Positions 21,018 to 30,990 of a stretch of DNA of 38,350 nt are shown here, piece after piece (the first letter of the stretch is position 1; each line of letters opens with the position of its first letter). Position numbers and translations under genes: made by a program. Below the pieces are notes generated by a model. It was given only the letters and a program-made list of their open reading frames with translations, was not told the origin of the DNA and ran no database searches. Location: the NCBI GenBank assembly GCA_000388065.2, contig KB932205.1. One strand, written 5' to 3'. The DNA comes from Fonticula alba ATCC 38817. Lineage: Eukaryota; Protista; Nucleariida.

Positions 21018-21679
21018 NNNNNNNNNNNNNNNNNNNNNNNNNNNNNNNNNNNNNNNNNNNNNNNNNNNNNNNNNNNNNNNNNNNNNNNNNNNNNNNNNNN
21101 NNNNNNNNNNNNNNNNNNNNNNNNNNNNNNNNNNNNNNNNNNNNNNNNNNNNNNNNNNNNNNNNNNNNNNNNNNNNNNNNNNNNNNNNNNNNNNNNNNNN
21201 NNNNNNNNNNNNNNNNNNNNNNNNNNNNNNNNNNNNNNNNNNNNNNNNNNNNNNNNNNNNNNNNNNNNNNNNNNNNNNNNNNNNNNNNNNNNNNNNNNNN
21301 NNNNNNNNNNNNNNNNNNNNNNNNNNNNNNNNNNNNNNNNNNNNNNNNNNNNNNNNNNNNNNNNNNNNNNNNNNNNNNNNNNNNNNNNNNNNNNNNNNNN
21401 NNNNNNNNNNNNNNNNNNNNNNNNNNNNNNNNNNNNNNNNNNNNNNNNNNNNNNNNNNNNNNNNNNNNNNNNNNNNNNNNNNNNNNNNNNNNNNNNNNNN
21501 NNNNNNNNNNNNNNNNNNNNNNNNNNNNNNNNNNNNNNNNNNNNNNNNNNNNNNNNNNNNNNNNNNNNNNNNNNNNNNNNNNNNNNNNNNNNNNNNNNNN
21601 NNNNNNNNNNNNNNNNNNNNNNNNNNNNNNNNNNNNNNNNNNNNNNNNNNNNNNNNNNNNNNNNNNNNNNNNNNNNNNN
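21018..21679. other. Assembly gap (662 N); probably hides HACD exon 1
   Basis: N run; the HACD exon at 21760 begins in phase 1 with no upstream ATG exon visible. Confidence 0.9.
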
Positions 21680-21759
21680 CCCCCCCCCACAGCTGGCCGC
21701 CCCTCCTCTTCCGCCCTCGCGGCCCTCCCGCGCTGACCCCCCCCGTGCCTCGTTTACAG

Positions 21760-22128
21760 GCAAGCAGTCTGCCCTGACCAAGGGCTACCTGTTCGTGTAC
21801 AATGTCGTCCTGGCCTCCGGCTGGGCTTACGTCCTGTACCTCCTCGGCCAGCACTACTCCCAGTCCCTGGCCGCCTCGCCGGTTAGCCTGGACCTCTCGC
21901 CGGCCACCGTCGGCAAGCTGACTGCCATCGCCGCTGGCGCCTACAAGAAGGTCGAGCTCCCGCTGCAGATCTTCCAGACTGCCGCCATCATGGAGGTGCG
22001 TCCTGCCTCCCCCCCCCCCCCCTCCCCCCCCCTCTCTCTCTCTGCCTTCTTCCCCCTCCCCCCCCCCCCTCCCCCTCCCCCCACCCCCCCGCTCCCTCAC
22101 CTCGCCGCCCCCCCCTCCCCCTCCTGCC

Positions 22129-22165
<37 letters not shown>

Positions 22166-23372
22166 GTCGAGGGGACGGGGGACGGGCGCGATCCGAGCCC
22201 GCCCCCGGCCGCCCCGAAGCCCCGCCCCCCCCTCCGCTTGCTCCCCTNNNNNNNNNNNNNNNNNNNNNNNNNNNNNNNNNNNNNNNNNNNNNNNNNNNNN
22301 NNNNNNNNNNNNNNNNNNNNNNNNNNNNNNNNNNNNNNNNNNNNNNNNNNNNNNNNNNNNNNNNNNNNNNNNNCCCCCTCTCTCTCTCTGCCTTCTTCCC
22401 CCTCCGCTAACTTCTCGTGTGCCACCGGCGGTCATTGTTGCCGGCCCGGGCCTCTGTCCTCCCCCTCCCATCAGGTTCTTCATGTCCTCTTTGGCCTGGT
22501 CCCCTCCCCCTTCATGACCACCCTGATCCAGGTTTGCTCTCGCCTGTTCATCGTCTGGTCCATTGGCTACTCGATCGAGCAGTCCCAGTCCCACTGGTCC
22601 TTCACCACCATGGTGGTCTCCTGGTGCATCACCGAGGTCATCCGCTACGTGTACTACGCCTTCAACCTGATTGGTGGCGTCCCCTCCCTGATCACCTGGC
22701 TCCGGTGCGTCCTGGCGCCTGAGCCTCACGCGTCGCGTGTCCCCCCCCCCCTCCCCCTCCCCCACCAGCCTCCATTCCGCGCGCACGGCACTCTTCTTTG
22801 GCTTTCCCTCTGTGTCTCCCCGGCATCGGGTGCCATGTTTATGTCTCTGTCTGACCCGCGATCCCCCCTGCCCGTGTTTCCCCCTCTCCCCCCCCTCTCC
22901 ATCTCCCTCTCTCTATCAATCTCGTTTGCCACAGCTACACCACCTTCTTCATCCTCTACCCCACCGGTGCTGGCAGCGAGTTCGTCTTCGCCTACTGCGC
23001 TCTGCCCTTCATCCAGAACATCTACCTGTACTACTTCGTCTGCTTCACCCTGGTCCTGTACTTCCCTCGTGCGTCACATGTCGGCTCCCCTGCCTTCCCT
23101 TTCCCCACGCCTCAGGGGGGCGGGGGCGGGGGGGAGGCGGGGGCAGCCCTCCCCGGGGGATGGTCTTTTCGGTCTCATGTGCTGCAAGCCGTCTGCTCTG
23201 GATCCTAACCGTCACTCCTTGTCTGCCTTCCCGTTGTCCCGTCCACCATGTCGCGCCCCTTGTCAATGCTCTCCCCTTTGCAGTCTTCCCCGTCCAGTAC
23301 TTCCACATGATCAGCCAGCGCCGCAAGTACCTCGGCCGCGGCCGTTCCTCTGGCAAGGCCAAGACCCAGTAA
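21760..23372 (+). CDS. HACD: Very-long-chain 3-hydroxyacyl-CoA dehydratase (HACD/PTPLA/Phs1), 5' partial
   Basis: Exons 21760-21995, 22475-22704, 22935-23068 and 23284-23372. Motifs YLFVYNVVLASGW, FQTAAIMEVLH, QVCSRLFIVW, SWCITEVIRYVYY, WLRYTTFFILYPTGAGSE (catalytic Tyr/Glu region) and YFHMISQRRKYL; C-terminal KAKTQ is a KxKxx ER-retrieval motif. Confidence 0.95.
22248..22373. other. Assembly gap (126 N) in HACD intron, probably false
   Basis: The sequence after the gap repeats about 22028-22058. Confidence 0.8.
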
Positions 23373-23764
23373 GCCCCACATCAAGCGGGTCGGGCCACAG
23401 GTTGGCGGCCGTGTCCGGGGCGCGTGCGCACTGGTCGCACCCTCGCCACGCCCCTCGGTTCCCTCGATCCCCCTGGCCGGGAGGAGGCCCTGTGTGCGAG
23501 GGGTGTGTGTGCCTGGCGTTGCCGGAACGCTTGCTCTTGAAAATACACCCCCAGCCTATGGTGTGTGCCCGCCCGACAGGTGTCCAGGATCTCCATGCGC
23601 ACCCTTGTGTCTGCCCCTGCCCCGAGAGCGGCATCACATACGCGATCTCCTGTTTGCACAATGTGTCCGTATGCTTGTGCCCCGCCTGGGCCGGGGGGCG
23701 GGGGGTGGGCTTTTTGGTATTTGCGCACAGACGCCACATACATGTGTGTGAGTGTGTCGGTGTG

Positions 23765-23782
23765 TACGCATGTATGTATGTA

Positions 23783-23817
<35 letters not shown>

Positions 23818-23830
23818 ACATGTGTGTGTG
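23765..23830 (+). repeat. (TATG)n/(TG)n compound microsatellite
   Basis: Direct reading. Confidence 0.9.
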
Positions 23831-26077
23831 TTTACAGTAGAGGGAGGAGCATGGTTGGTTCTGTGGGCGGGTGCCGCTTCCCTCGGCGATTGGGAGGATG
23901 CGGCATTTGGGCGTCTGGCAGGCACATGGGGCGACAATCGGTTTGTCATGCCGCGAGATGCTGGCCCACGCAGGGGGGCATGGTAGAGGCAGGTAGGAAC
24001 AGCGCTGGGAGCGTGAGCCGAACACCGGGGCGTGGAAATCGCGCAAGGAACGATCACCCAGGAGCCAGAACGCCGGCCTGCATTCCAGAACAGGACCAGA
24101 TCTACCAACGAATCGCGCATGATCGAGCACATGATCACATCCCAGGGGCAAACGAGTGTCGAGCGGAGGAACGCGTTCCGCGGTCTTCCAGCTGCGGGTC
24201 GGGGGACAGCCATTCGGTCCTCTTCTCGCCGGCAAGTGTCCCCGCCCTCTTGACCCCGGCGGGGTGTGTGTGTGTGTGTGCGCGTGTGTGTGTGCGCGTG
24301 TGTGTAGGCCAGGTACACGCATGCGCGTGCGCGGGCGCAGCAACGCGGGGCTGTTGCCCTGGTGGCCCCCCCGCCCCGCCCCCCCCCCCCCCAGGCCCCC
24401 CCAGGGCTGGTGAACGCAGGGGGAGGGTGCGCGGGGTCGGGTTGGGGCCAGACCGTGAGCCGAGGCGTCGCTCCGGCGCGCCCGCTCCGAAGTCGGCACT
24501 CCGCGGGCCCTGGCGGTCTCCGGGGGGAGGGCGGTGCACATGTGTGTGGCGCTATGACTGCCTGATGCCTGTCTACCGGTTGCTGGCTGGTAGGCCTGCG
24601 GGCCGGGGCCAGGCTGGACCGCCCGTCGGTGGCATGCCCTCGCAGCACTGGCAGCCCGAGTTTCACATGGCATCAGGCGGCCACACATTGCACCCGTGCA
24701 CATATGGATCCTGGTATGGGTCCGGCGCCGCCGTCCCCCTCTGGACGCCGCCATCCGCAACCAGATGTGACCCCGTTGGTACCAGCACGCTTGTGCGTCC
24801 TTGGGGCCGGTGTATGGACGTGTGTGCGGATTTGCGCGATCTACCGCCTGGCTCCCCGCTCCCGGAGGGGAGTTCCCCAGGTTCTCCTGAGACCTGCCCT
24901 CCCGGGCGGAGTCAGTCCGCAATGGCGACCGCCTCCCTGCCCCCCCCCCCCCCCCTCGACGCGGGGAGGGGAGGGGGCACGCCCGGGCAGCCACGGCACA
25001 AAGCATTGACTCAGAACGAGGCCGGCGCCTGGGAGGCCGGTCAAAGGTCGCGGAGTCCCCGGGTGCCGGGGGGCAAATAGACGCCCTCGGGACAATGGTC
25101 AGATCCGGCGACCGGCAGCTGGGTGTGCAGCGGTGCGCAGGCGGGGGCACGCGGGCGGGCGGGCGGGCGGGGGAGAGCGGCGGGACCGTGTATTCCTTCG
25201 CCCGGGCGTTGCTGCGGAGTCCGCCATGCGTCCCCCCCCCTCCGCCCCTCGTCCGTCCTCCGTCGCGGTTCAGCCGACTCCCCATGTGGCGCACAGGCCC
25301 GAGCAGGTCCCAACCCGGGGCGGCCCTCGGGCCGGGGCTGGCCGCACAGTGTGCCTGCCACCCAGCTCGTCCCCAGGGGCGCGGGACGCAGTCCCGGGAT
25401 CGGCCAGAGCTTTTCGGGGGGCATTGTTGTTCATGCCCGGGTCCCCTGCTGGGGGGGGGGGGGGGTGGGTTGTTTTTGGTTTCGTGGGGGGGGTGGGGTG
25501 GGGAGGAGGGGGGGGGGGGGGGGGGGGGGGGGAGGGGGGGGGAGGGATGAGTACCTCCTTTATGAGCAATGAGCGATGCACCCCCCATTCCCCCAAAGGG
25601 GAACAACAGGGGCGTGCGGCCATCTGGCACAGGGGCGCTTCCCTCCCCCCGTTCGGAGGCGGAGTAGCCAGAGCGTGCCCATGGACAAGGGCGAGGCGGG
25701 GGCACACGAGACGACAGGCGGGAGAAGCCATGAGGGCGAGGTCGGGGCCCTCGCTCGTCTACTCTTTTTTTTTCTCTCTCTCTCTCTCTCTCCCTCTCTG
25801 GATGCCAGGGGCGAGCGCCCGATGTCTTGCGCCATCTCCGGCTGGAGCCTCCTGGAAGGGTCACCAAGACTCATCGGTCAGCATGTTGGCTCTTTGTCTG
25901 TCCTCGAAGCTGCCCCACTTGCGAGAGATAGAGACAACTCCCCCTTCTCTCCCCCCTCTCCACCTGCCTGCCCCCCTCTTCTCGCCTTAGCTCTTTTTCG
26001 CCCCCCCCCCCCCCGTCCCCGTCCCCGTCACCGTCACCGTTCCCCCTTCCCCCTCTCTTTTCTTCCAATCAACTATC

Positions 26078-29000
26078 ATGCCCCCCAAGCGTGGTCGCAA
26101 CAAGACCAACGCTGGTCGCCCGAGTACGCTATGTTTTCCACATCCTCTCCCTGTTATTCGTATGAATGGATGGCTGCTTGGGATGTGAGCTAACAGCTGT
26201 TTCCTGGAATCCTGGTTCTTTCTCTCCCCCTCCTGCCGGTCAATGTCACAGAGGCTGCCAAGACCCCCGCGCCCACCAAGGCCGCGGAGGTTGTGGACCC
26301 CACGCTCGACACCACTCCTGTGGATGCTCCCCCTCTTGTTTCCAGCGAGCCCGCCTCTCCCCAGACCGAGGGGGTCTCCGTTGATGCCGACACCACCGAG
26401 GAGGCTGCCGCCGAGGCTGTCGCTGAGGTGACCGTCGATACTGCTGAGGTCGCCGAGTCTGTTGCCGAGGAGGTTGTCGTCGCGGAGGCCGCTGAGGAGA
26501 CTGCCGTTGAGGAGGTCGTCGAGCCTACTGTTGAGGAGGCTGTCCCGACCACTGAGGAGGTCGCCCAGGAGGTCGCCATTGAGAGCGTCGAGGAAACCTC
26601 TTCCGAGGCCGCTATCGAGGAGACCACTGTCGAGGAGGTTGCCATCGAGGAGGTCGCCATCGAGGAGGCCACCATCGAGGAAGTCACTGCCGAGGAGGTC
26701 GCCGTTGAGGAGGTCGCTGTTGAGGAGGCCACCGTTGAGGAGGTCGTTGAGACCACTGTCGAGGAAGTCGCCGAGGAGGTCGCCGTTGAGGAGGCCACCA
26801 TCGAGGAGGCCACCGTCGAGGAGGCCACCGTCGAGGAGGTTGTTGAGACCATTGTCGAGGAGGTCACCGAGGAGGCCACCGTCGAGGTCGTCGAGGCCAC
26901 CGTCGAGGAGGTCACCGAGGAGGCTACCATCGAGGAGGCCACCGTCGAGGAGGTCGTCGAGGAGGTCACCGAGGAGGCCACCGTCGAGGAGGTCGCCGTC
27001 GAGGAGGTCGCCGTCGAGGAGGTNNNNNNNNNNNNNNNNNNNNNNNNNNNNNNNNNNNNNNNNNNNNNNNNNNNNNNNNNNNNNNNNNNNNNNNNNNNNN
27101 NNNNNNNNNNNNNNNNNNNNNNNNNNNNNNNNNNNNNNNNNNNNNNNNNNNNNNNNNNNNNNNNNNNNNNNNNNNNNNNNNNNNNNNNNNNNNNNNNNNN
27201 NNNNNNNNNNNNNNNNNNNNNNNNNNNNNNNNNNNNNNNNNNNNNNNNNNNNNNNNNNNNNNNNNNNNNNNNNNNNNNNNNNNNNNNNNNNNNNNNNNNN
27301 NNNNNNNNNNNNNNNNNNNNNNNNNNNNNNNNNNNNNNNNNNNNNNNNNNNNNNNNNNNNNNNNNNNNNNNNNNNNNNNNTCGAGGAGGTCGTCGAGGCC
27401 ACCGAGGAGGTCGTCGAGGAGGTCGTTGAGGCCACCGTCGAGGAGGCCACCGTCGAGGAGGCCACCGTCGAGGAGGCCACCGTCGAGGAGGCCACTGTTG
27501 AGGTCGTCGAGGAGGTCGTCGAGGAGGTCGTCGAGGAGGTCGTCGAGGAGGTCGTCGAGGAGGTCGTCGAGGAGGTCGTCGAGGCCACCGTCGAGGCCAC
27601 CGTCGAGGCCACCGTCGAGGCCACCGTCGAGGCCACCGTCGAGGCCACCGTCGAGGCCACCGTCGCGGCCACCGTCGAGGCCACCGTCGAGGCCACCGTC
27701 GAGGAAGCCACTGAGGTTGTCGAGGCTGAGGCTGCTGCTGAGGGCATCACCGCGGAGGAGGCCGCCATCGAGGCCGCCGTCGAGGCCGCCCTTGCGCAGG
27801 TCGCCGATGACATCATTGACACCATTGTCGGCACCATTGTCGAGACTACCGAGGAGGCCATCAATGAGACCGCCGTCGAGGATGCCTCCGAGGCTCCCGA
27901 GACCCCGATCGCGGATCTCTCTGACGAGCTGGCCGTCGCCAGGCTGGCTGCCCTCGTCGAGGAGGTTGCCGCTGCGCAGGAGGAGATCATCAAGGACGGG
28001 GAGCATTCCGCCCCGGTCTTTGCCATGCCCTCCGAGCTGACTGCAGCTTCCCCTGGCTCTTCCACGACCACGGCCGAGGAGGCTACCGCCTCCAACGAGG
28101 AGGCCGCCTCGGGCCAGCTTTTCTCCACTTCCCCGGCCGACGGTTTCATGTCTCCCGAGGAGGCGGTTGATCTGCTTGCCACTCTGACGAAGGAGCTTGT
28201 TGCCAAGGACGCCGCCCTCATCCAGTCGGATGATGTCCCCCCGGCCGCCGCTTCCGTCGATGCCGATGAGGTCCTTTGCTCCTCGCCCTCCGCCGGCCAG
28301 GTGGTGGCCGACAAGGGCCTGCCCATCGCTGACAGCACTCCTGATGCCCGGCCCGCCGGTGAGTTGAATCCGATTACCCTGTGTTCGGAGTCGCTGGCCA
28401 GCCGGGGCCTCATGCCCGGCTGGTCTACCCTCCGTGGGCAGGCGCCCTTCGAGGCGGCTGACGACCAGCTCCTGGGCGATCTGGTTCCCACCTACCCCCA
28501 TGAGGCCACTTACAGCTTCACCTTCACTCGTGAGCTGAACCTCATCCAGGTCCGCTCGACTTCGCTGCTCCCCTTCACCGAGGATGATGTCCAGGTTCTG
28601 GTGCATGGGCGCGAGTTGGTGGTCACCATCGCCGACACCCCGTCGCCGATCATCTTCGGCACGCTCTTCGGCGACATCAAGCCCGAGGCCTGCCGCTGGT
28701 CTGTGTCCTCGCGCGGCCAGCTGACCAGCCTGTACATCGAGCTGATCACCGACGGCCCGGCCGACTGGCCGGCCTTCCTGGTCCCGGGTGAGACTGGTGT
28801 GCGTGTCTCCACCTCCCTCTCGATGTTCATGTTGTCCCTCTTCTTCTTCTTCTTCTTCTTCTTCTTCTTCTCTTTCTCTCTGTTTCTTCTTTCACGGTCT
28901 TTTCTCATGTCCCTTCAACCCTTCGCTCACTTTCCCTCCCTCTCCCCTCCTCCACCTCCTTCTCTCGTTTCTTCCCCCTCTCTCCCTACCTCCAGGCCAT

Positions 29001-30345
29001 GGACCCCCACTCGCAGCTTCTCTTCGCCCGCCTGCAGGGCATGGACGAGGGCCACAACACCCTGGTCAACTCCGCCAAGCAGGTTCGCTCACATACATAC
29101 CCCCGTGCACAGTGCACGCCCGTTGATATCGTTGATATATATATCTCCCTCTTGCGTCCTCCTGCCTGTCTGATTTTCTGCGCGCTGACTCCCAGTCCCT
29201 TCTCCCCCCTCGCCCCTCGCCCCTCTCCCCTCGCCCCTCCCCCCTCGCCCTGTCTGCTTTCTCCTTCGCACATATCCACAGGGCCACAAGCAGGCCATCC
29301 TGCTGTACCTCCTCAAGTACTCCGACGTCAGGTGCGACCGCATGTCGGCTGTTGAGTTCCAGGGGTTCCTGGATGTGCTGAAGGTGGCATCCCGCAATGG
29401 CGATGGCGAGGCCTGCTTGACGCTGGGCCTGCTGCATCTCCAGGGCCATGCCTATCTGGAGGCCAACCCCGCCAAGGCCCTCCTCCTGCTTGAGGCCTAC
29501 ACCGAGAAGATGCCTGCTCGGGCCAACGCCACGGAGACGCCCACGCTCGACAGCGCCACCCGGGAGACCGTGCATCCGCTGGCCCTGGCGCACTTCTTCG
29601 CCGGCGCCATTCACGAGGCCGGTGTTGCTGGCAAGCGTGACATCGACCGTGCGCGTGCCCATTTCAAGGATGCCACCCTCTGGCCCGCTGGTTCGTGCCT
29701 CCCGTTTTCCCTCCCTCTCTTGCTCTCTTGCTCTCTTGCTCTTTTTCCTTTTCCTTCCGTTCTTTGCATTTTTCATTTCTCCCCCTTGCCATGCTTTCTG
29801 ACCACCGATCTTTCTCTTTCCCCTTCTCTCTCTCTCTCTCTCTCTCCCTCCCCCTGCGCACCCTACACACAGTGGCCGAGTTCCAGAACGCCTGCTTCCA
29901 CATGGCCACCCACGTCGAGGGGTCCACCTCCCGTGAGGAGGACTTCAAGATCTGGCGCGATTCGGCGGTCGTCGGTGCACATGCCAAGCAGGCAAAGGGC
30001 TCCATGCCGGTGGGCACGCCTCTGGAGCTGGCTTGCCTGCTGCTCCCGGCGGCGGACAAGCTGCGCGATCTCCCGGAGCTGTCGGCCATCGCCCAGGCGG
30101 TGGAGGCGGCCCCGGCCGGGGTTCTGCCCGAAATGTCGCCGGCTGAGATCTCCATCGTGCGTCAGGCGCTGGTGGATGTGGTGTACAGCAGCCCCAAGAG
30201 CCAGCAGCTGCCGGCGGATTCGGTCTTCTTCCCGTCGCCTGCCTCTTGGACCTCGTGGTTGACCCTGCCGGTCATCGGTGTGGCTGCCGCCGCCGCCACT
30301 GCCGTGGCTGCTGGTGTTGTGGTCGCCCTGGGCAACCGCCGCTGA
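26078..30345 (+). CDS. Paralogue A: basic N-terminus, long acidic E/V/A/T repeat region, CS/p23-like domain, Sel1-like repeats, C-terminal TM tail anchor (about 1200 aa)
   Basis: Exons 26078-26123, 26252-28798 (contains gap), 28996-29082, 29282-29690 and 29873-30345. CS-like: DDVQVLVHGRELVVTI..IIFGTLFGDIKPEACRWSV..LYIEL..WPAFL. Sel1-like: ASRNGDGEACLTLGLLHLQG..PAKALLLLE and AHFFAGAIHEAG..RDIDRARAHF. Ends with LPVIGVAAAAATAVAAGVVVALGNRR*. Confidence 0.85.
26390..27800 (+). repeat. Coding minisatellite: EEATV / EEVAV (15 nt), EEVV (12 nt) and EATV (12 nt) arrays
   Basis: Tandem gaggaggccaccgtc, gaggaggtcgtc and gaggccaccgtc units; the array spans the gap at 27024-27380. Confidence 0.95.
27024..27380. 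other. Assembly gap (357 N) inside the acidic repeat array
   Basis: N run; the reading frame differs by one across it, so the gap length is an estimate. Confidence 1.
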
Positions 30346-30590
30346 TGATGCGATGAAGGGGGGGGGGGGGATGTACGCGAGCCCGTGTCATCATGGGTCG
30401 GCGCGGCAACCGGAGAGGCACCACGGCCAAAATCCCCATGGACAAGGGCCAGCATGCCGGGCCCGCCCACATATCCCATCCTCTTGCTATCTCCCCGACT
30501 CGCACCATATAGACACCTTTTTAGTTTACCTTTCCACCTGAATGTGTATGTGAATATTGGCGCATGCATTTTCCCCGATCTCAAGTCACG

Positions 30591-30627
<37 letters not shown>

Positions 30628-30844
30628 CTTTTTCTTTCTCTTTCTCTGCTGGTGATTGCTGTGGGTGTGTTTGAATGGTGAGACTGCTCGTACGTGATAT
30701 GCGCGCTGGCGGCCTGTAAAGGCCCGAGTCCCCATCCTCTGTCGGCGCCCTCCCTTACGTGGTGGCGACGCGTAAATTCAAGGCCAGCTCCAAATACAGG
30801 AACGCCTGGGCATGCCCCTCTGGCTTGAAAAGGGCAGGGGAGTT

Positions 30845-30850
<6 letters not shown>

Positions 30851-30904
<54 letters not shown>
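30851..30904 (+). repeat. (TG)27 microsatellite
   Basis: Direct reading. Confidence 0.95.
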
Positions 30905-30910
<6 letters not shown>

Positions 30911-30925
30911 GCAATGGGAGGGCCA

Positions 30926-30990
30926 GGGCCAAATGCCTCCGGGCCAAAGGCCTCTGGGCCAAATGCCTCCGGGCCGGGTGCTTCCGGGCC
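30926..30990 (+). repeat. 15-nt minisatellite GGGCCAAATGCCTCC, about 4.3 copies
   Basis: Units start at 30926, 30941, 30956, 30971 and 30986 (partial), with progressive decay. Confidence 0.85.

Noticed and set aside
23400-25900. Several 100-450 aa ORFs on both strands between HACD and paralogue A
   Set aside because: They run through (TG)n and poly-G tracts, are Pro/Arg/Gly-rich as expected from GC-rich non-coding DNA, and show no domain motifs or exon-like codon pattern.
26500-27600. EEVV/EEVA/EEVT repeats as mimics of the Hsp70/Hsp90 EEVD motif
   Set aside because: TPR clamp binding needs the terminal Asp and the free C-terminal carboxylate. These units are internal and lack Asp, so the resemblance is probably superficial.
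26390-27800. Regular repeats superficially like a CRISPR array
   Set aside because: No unique spacers; the units are in-frame codon repeats in a eukaryotic exon.
25987-28606. Long minus-strand ORFs (834 aa Ser/Thr-rich; 546 aa LDGGL/LDDL repeats) resembling mucins or LRR-like proteins
   Set aside because: They are antisense shadows of the plus-strand GAG-GAG-GTC/GCC repeat; splice signals and homologous domains are all on the plus strand.
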